Of a DNA stretch of 64,000 nucleotides, positions 59,245 through 64,000 are shown in pieces. Within the stretch, counting starts at the first letter, position 1. Each line of letters starts with the position of its first letter. Origin of the DNA: Takakia lepidozioides. Taxonomy: Eukaryota; Plantae; Bryophyta. The translations under genes were made by a program, and so were the position numbers. The notes beneath the pieces were generated by a model. The model made no database searches and was not told the DNA's origin. It saw nothing but the letters and a program-made list of their open reading frames with translations. The DNA lies in the NCBI GenBank assembly GCA_030704615.1, contig CM060731.1, positions 50,220,001 through 50,284,000 on the forward strand, given 5' to 3'.

Positions 59245-62200
59245 AAGTCACCCTCTTTCCTTCTCCATCTGGCATTATGCCTGGTTTCAGTTCTCCCTTC
59301 AATATGCCATGATCCTTGGTCAACATTCCATCTGTGGAAGATCTTACTATGCCCGGAACGAACTCAAATGAAAAGTCACCAAGTAAGTCTATGCCTATGT
59401 GGTGCTCTGAGTATAGCCACCAATATGGATCTAGATCTGTTTCCAAAGAAAAATGACTTCCCAACAGTATTTTCTTGAAGTGCCAAAGGCCCCATACACA
59501 TGCATAGTACTCTTCTCTTTTGCAAATCATCTCCCCTTTTTCACTGCTATACCCTACTTGCCTATGAGCTTCTTCTCTCAACTCCTCCTTCCCCTCCTTA
59601 AATTGAAATAACGAAGCATTGATGGCACCCCTATCCCAAGCTAGCTTAAGAAGATAGGCTCCATCCCTCTTTCTCCCTTCTCTTTTCTGACTGTACAGAG
59701 AAGTAGAGTATACCTCGATTTCCTCGGTTTCCTCAGCTGGTCCCACTGGATACCTGCTTAGTGCATCTACGTTAGCATGCCTAGCACCTGCTCTGTGAAC
59801 AATTTTAAACTCAAAATCTTGTAACATCATGATCCATCTACCCCTGCGTCCATATGCGTCACTTACCGTTGCCAACCACTCCAGTGGTTTGTGATCAGTC
59901 CTGATTACAAAAGGGGTTCCATACAGGTACTGCCGAAAGTGTAATACTCCCCACACCAGGGCATAGCATTCACCTTCCATAGGGTGATATTTGCGCTGAG
60001 CATCAGATAGTACCTTACTGGCGTATGCAATGACCCTCTCCTTTTTATACTCCTTTTGTGACAAGACTGCTCCTACTCCTTTGATGGACCAGTCAACATC
60101 TAAGACGAACGGTCTTGAGAAATCTGGTCTTGCCAGGATGGGAGCAGTTACCAACTTCACCTGTAAGGCAGAAAAGGCGTTTTGTGCCTCTGCACTCCAG
60201 ATAAACTTCACATCCTTCTTGGTTAGAGTGAACAAGGGTACTGCCACTCCAGCATATCCTTTGACATAGGGCCTATAGTACCCTGTCATGCCTAAGTAGC
60301 TTTTGAGAGCAGTGTGGTTTTTGGGCAAGGGAAACCTTTCAATAGCAGCTATCTTATCTGGATCAGGCCACGTTCCCTCTTCAGAGATCACATGCCCAAG
60401 GAATACCAACTGTAAGTTGGCAAAGTAACACTTGTCCGGATTGAGCCTAAGATTGGCCTTTCTAACCTTGCTCAATACTCTCTTTATATGTCCCACGTGA
60501 TCTCCCCAGTCCTTGCTATGGATATTGACGTCATCTACAAACACCTTAGCGCAATCTTTGATTTCTTCCTTGAGCACTCTATTCATTGTTCTCTGAAAGG
60601 TAGCAGTGGCATTTTTTAGCCCGAATGGCATGACCAGCCATTCATACAATCCCTTCTTTGTGATCACCGCTGTTTTGCCTATGTCTCGGTCGTCCATTTT
60701 GATCTGCCAAAAACCAGATTGTAAATCCAGCGCAGAAAACCACTTGGCTTTCCCCAACTGGTTTAAAACATCCTGAATTAATGGCATAGGGTAAGAGTCC
60801 CTTCTGGTCAAACGGTTTACTGGCCTAAAATCACCACAAAACCGCTTGGATCCATCCTTTTTTGGTGGAAGGGTAACTGGACACGACCATTCTGAACTAC
60901 TCTCTCTCATCTTGCCTTGTGAGATCAAAGTCTCAATTTGTCCTTGGACCTCGTCTTCCTCCCATTCTGATAGGCGGCTGGGACGACTTCTGCAAGGGGG
61001 AAAACCTTGTGTGTCAATTGTGTGTTCTACCTCACTGCAGTATCCCAAGTCAGCCTTGCTAAGAGCAAAGCATTCCTGGTTTGCTTTCAGCTCTTGCTCA
61101 AGCTCTATCCTATGTTCTGGGGCCAGTTCTGGGTTGATGTGCAGTCTGGATTTCAGACTTCTCCAACGACTCTCCATTTCTTCCTCTTGACTGGGTTCCC
61201 AATTCTTTCCCTCCACCTGGCTTACAGAGTTAGCCATTCTCTGTCGTTCCTCTTGTGTGACAACCTGATTCCAATCATGGAAGTCATCCTCTATTTCTAG
61301 GTTGTTGTTCCCTAGTTCACCATTCCAAGCTTTCTGATAAGCTTCCTGTATTATGGCAGCAGCCATGCTCTTATGGGTCTCTTCCTGAAGGAGTTCAGAC
61401 ATCCCTTGGTCCTCGAACAAGTCCTCCCCTAGGTTGACATCGTCTATTATTTCCTCAACATCCCTCAGTGCTGTTTCTACCTCCTTACTCTCCTCAGAGC
61501 CTCCCATCTCCTCATCTTTATCAGATTTAGAGGTGTCAGAACCTGAGGATGCTTCCTCCGTGTCCTCATATTCTTCCTCTGGTTTTCTTTTCTTCTCCCA
61601 CAAGCCTAGGTACTGTTCATCTGACGTCAGGGTTAGGACATTACCTGCTGACGTACTGCTTGCATATCTCATTCTACTCTCGACCCCTCTATGGTAGGCT
61701 GTTTTGGTAACTGCAGGCTCATTATAATTGATGGTGTGCAAAGGGAAGTGAGCAAAATCCTTTCCTGGCCCATAGCGTACGCGAATTGTTTCAGCTTCGG
61801 TGTCCACTACAGCGCCAAACTTTTTGAGAAAGTCCAATCCCAGCAGCATGTGATATGTATCCGTGTTCACCACCATAAAGGACAAACGATTGGTCAGTTC
61901 TCCTACTTTGACCTTGATGTCCTCAAGTCTGCCCATTGCAGTCTCAAGAGCACCTGAGGCTACTCTGTAATTCACATCCTTACTAGTAATGACAGATCCC
62001 ATCAAACCAAGATCCCTGACTGTACTAGCTGATATTACAGAAAGCATGGCACCAGTGTCAATCTGGCCTAATACTTGGTAATCTCCCATTGTAATCATTA
62101 CATGAAGCGCTTTAACCTTACCAGTATAAGCATACGAGATCGTGGGCTCAGCGTGTGCTGAGTACAAAGGCCTTGGTACATCCTTCACAACTTCTACACT

Positions 62201-62338
62201 GTGAGTTGTCTCCCTTTGTTGGACCATTGCTCTTTCCACCACTTTGACCAGCCCTTTCAATTTGTCTAGCTCTCCGGGCACAGTCATGATCAGGTCCATG
62301 GGCGACAACGATATTCTCCCTTTGTAGAAGTGGTTCAA
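59195..62338 (-). CDS. Pol: protease, RT, RNase H and a degenerate second RNase H
   Basis: IDTGA; LDLQSGFWQ, MPFGLKNA, FVDD; LDVDWS...MEGE...RTDH. Confidence 0.95.
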   Translation of the reverse strand: MNHFYKGRISLSPMDLIMTVPGELDKLKGLVKVVERAMVQQRETTHSVEVVKDVPRPLYSAHAEPTISYAYTGKVKALHVMITMGDYQVLGQIDTGAMLSVISASTVRDLGLMGSVITSKDVNYRVASGALETAMGRLEDIKVKVGELTNRLSFMVVNTDTYHMLLGLDFLKKFGAVVDTEAETIRVRYGPGKDFAHFPLHTINYNEPAVTKTAYHRGVESRMRYASSTSAGNVLTLTSDEQYLGLWEKKRKPEEEYEDTEEASSGSDTSKSDKDEEMGGSEESKEVETALRDVEEIIDDVNLGEDLFEDQGMSELLQEETHKSMAAAIIQEAYQKAWNGELGNNNLEIEDDFHDWNQVVTQEERQRMANSVSQVEGKNWEPSQEEEMESRWRSLKSRLHINPELAPEHRIELEQELKANQECFALSKADLGYCSEVEHTIDTQGFPPCRSRPSRLSEWEEDEVQGQIETLISQGKMRESSSEWSCPVTLPPKKDGSKRFCGDFRPVNRLTRRDSYPMPLIQDVLNQLGKAKWFSALDLQSGFWQIKMDDRDIGKTAVITKKGLYEWLVMPFGLKNATATFQRTMNRVLKEEIKDCAKVFVDDVNIHSKDWGDHVGHIKRVLSKVRKANLRLNPDKCYFANLQLVFLGHVISEEGTWPDPDKIAAIERFPLPKNHTALKSYLGMTGYYRPYVKGYAGVAVPLFTLTKKDVKFIWSAEAQNAFSALQVKLVTAPILARPDFSRPFVLDVDWSIKGVGAVLSQKEYKKERVIAYASKVLSDAQRKYHPMEGECYALVWGVLHFRQYLYGTPFVIRTDHKPLEWLATVSDAYGRRGRWIMMLQDFEFKIVHRAGARHANVDALSRYPVGPAEETEEIEVYSTSLYSQKREGRKRDGAYLLKLAWDRGAINASLFQFKEGKEELREEAHRQVGYSSEKGEMICKREEYYACVWGLWHFKKILLGSHFSLETDLDPYWWLYSEHHIGIDLLGDFSFEFVPGIVRSSTDGMLTKDHGILKGELKPGIMPDGEGKRVTFAAQIFAKKKKTRKGY

Positions 62339-62361
62339 GATTCTGGATTTCGTACCTCCTT

Positions 62362-63450
62362 CTATAGCATTTTGAAATTGTTCTTTGGGTAGATTTCACT
62401 CTTGGTCTTGCTTGGCTGTTCACTGCTCTCACTATTCCTTTCTGGTGACCCTGTAGGTTCAACAATCGGACTCTGGACAGGTATGCGTGTCCTTGGAAGT
62501 CTGACTTCATTGATACTATTTCGTGACATCAGATCTGTCATCTCTGCGAGTACATCATCCTCATCATCATAGAACACGTCTACAAAGTTAGTTCCCGGAG
62601 TTCCCATCATAGTTTGGTCGAGTTTTCTACTGCACTCACTCTCCGTATGCCCGAGTAGCTTGCAAAAGTTGCATCTCACACCACACATTTCCGTGGAATG
62701 CCCGAACCGGTGACATTTGTCACACTTAGCTGGGGTTCTTCCTTCAGGACAATATGCAGCTATGTGACCTTCTTTGTGACAAACATTACAAAGGCGAACA
62801 CGAGGTGGTGTTCTAGATCCCGAGCTTTCTCCTATGACTGGTCCCCTATCAAAGTACTTCTGTAGGGTAGTGTTCAGCTGATCAAGTCTTCTGTCCACAG
62901 GGTTAACAAACACAACTGACTCATCTGTATCATCTCCTTCCAATGGCTCTAGAGGTATTTCCCCTAACTTTCCCAGGCCCCTTTCAATCTCAATGGCTGT
63001 GTCAAGTGCTTCCTCTACATCAAGGAAGCGCCTGCCCAGCATTACTCTTGCTATTTCTGGTCTCAAACCTGCTGCAAATCTACGCCTCTGTTCCAAATCA
63101 GACGCCCCACTTCTTATAAATAACCGGTTCAACCTATCAAAGTATGTTTGAACCCTTTGTCTACTCTCCTGTTTAATGGTATCCATTCTTAGCCTAATTT
63201 CTGCCAAGTCAACGATACCAAACTTGGCTGAAATTGCTGCCCTGAAGTCCACCCAGTTGTTTGGTCTAGGGTTTTGTTTACGGTACCATTCATCAGCCTT
63301 GGCTCTCAGGTTGAGCCTTGCTACCTTGAAAGTTTTGTCCTCATTCAAATCCCTGACATCTGCCTCCATCTGAATTCTCTCCAGCCAGTCATTTACATCC
63401 TCACTATTCCTACCATGATAAGGCGCATCTATGCTGGTTGGACTGGTCAT
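62362..63450 (-). CDS. Gag with three CCHC zinc knuckles
   Basis: PYHGRNSEDVNDWLER; CNVCHKEGHIAAYC, CDKCHRFGHSTEMC, CNFCKLLGHTESEC. Confidence 0.92.
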   Translation of the reverse strand: MTSPTSIDAPYHGRNSEDVNDWLERIQMEADVRDLNEDKTFKVARLNLRAKADEWYRKQNPRPNNWVDFRAAISAKFGIVDLAEIRLRMDTIKQESRQRVQTYFDRLNRLFIRSGASDLEQRRRFAAGLRPEIARVMLGRRFLDVEEALDTAIEIERGLGKLGEIPLEPLEGDDTDESVVFVNPVDRRLDQLNTTLQKYFDRGPVIGESSGSRTPPRVRLCNVCHKEGHIAAYCPEGRTPAKCDKCHRFGHSTEMCGVRCNFCKLLGHTESECSRKLDQTMMGTPGTNFVDVFYDDEDDVLAEMTDLMSRNSINEVRLPRTRIPVQSPIVEPTGSPERNSESSEQPSKTKSEIYPKNNFKML

Positions 63451-63893
63451 CCTTCTATTCTCTAGTCAAAGTTCAAACTGTTTCAACACCTAATTCTGAC
63501 TCTAATTTCCCGCAACTTCCTTAATGTTGACCTCTATACCACTCCCACTGTCCATTTCGCAACATCTCTACTCTACCTCCCCATGTCACCTCTCGTGCCA
63601 TGGTATTTATCTTCACCCACCTTCCTAACTCTCTTATCCAAAGTGCTATGGTTGTTCTTCCACCAGTATGTATCACTCTAAGACATAAATCACCATTCGC
63701 TATTCTCCAAGCAGGGTTGAAGAAGTACAAACAAGGGTCTGCGTGTGCATTTGGTGTGCGTCTGCTGAAGCAAATCAGCACATCTCCAATGCTTGGTTCA
63801 TCAGGAATCAGTGTGTGGTCTCTTCCTGCCATCAAACCATCCAATACCAGTCAAGATCCCTAGCTAGTAGAAATCAAGATTTAACATCCTCAG

Positions 63894-63905
63894 GCTCTGA
63901 TACCA
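63894..63905 (-). promoter_or_regulatory. Primer binding site for initiator tRNA-Met
   Basis: Minus-strand TGGTATCAGAGC. Confidence 0.92.
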
Positions 63906-64000
63906 AAAGAAGGGGCGTGAATCCCCTTCTGTGCAAGTCTAGTTGTGCTCCTCCCCAGGTCAATTGGAGGGAAGGAAAGGAGCTCTCCTCTCAGGTGATC

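Larger units (their letters stand above)
54995..64000 (-). mobile_element. Ty3/Gypsy LTR retrotransposon with ~2.2-kb LTRs; the 5' LTR runs off the window
   Basis: 3' LTR at 54995-57205 (TGAAAAG...GGACA); PPT at 57206-57218; tRNA-iMet PBS at 63894-63905; second LTR copy from ~63906; gag-pol-int between them. Confidence 0.92.

Overview
Land-plant nuclear DNA, with intron-containing genes and an intact GT37 fucosyltransferase gene. The gene and TE content is compatible with a bryophyte, lycophyte or fern, but the species cannot be determined. The window is dominated by nested transposable elements. Host-type genes are RCC1 and ATP23 fragments, an intact xyloglucan fucosyltransferase gene (17771-19507) and a small gene ending in -SRL. 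Mobile DNA comprises: (1) a complete 12.9-kb Ty3/Gypsy element (1243-14108) with a 5-bp TSD and extra ORFs on both sides of gag-pol; (2) a TA-flanked MITE; (3) a Gypsy element (27192-36650) whose polyprotein carries a DNMT3/DRM-like cytosine methyltransferase and a C-terminal PHD finger, bounded by split direct repeats with no PBS or PPT; (4) two more LTR copies related to element 1; (5) a Gypsy element (54995 to beyond 64000) with a duplicated, degenerate RNase H. The standout is the region 43203-54994. It holds an intact, spliced gene of about 960 codons fusing a ParB/Srx-like domain to a prokaryote-type N4C/N6A (beta-class) DNA methyltransferase-like domain, with ten 24-bp palindromes confined to its non-coding parts. 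Across a 500-N gap lie a Mutator-like transposase with a GCM-type domain and about 30 26-bp palindromes phased at 53 bp. The gap makes linkage between the two halves unproven. All homology calls come from motif recognition by eye; no searches were run.
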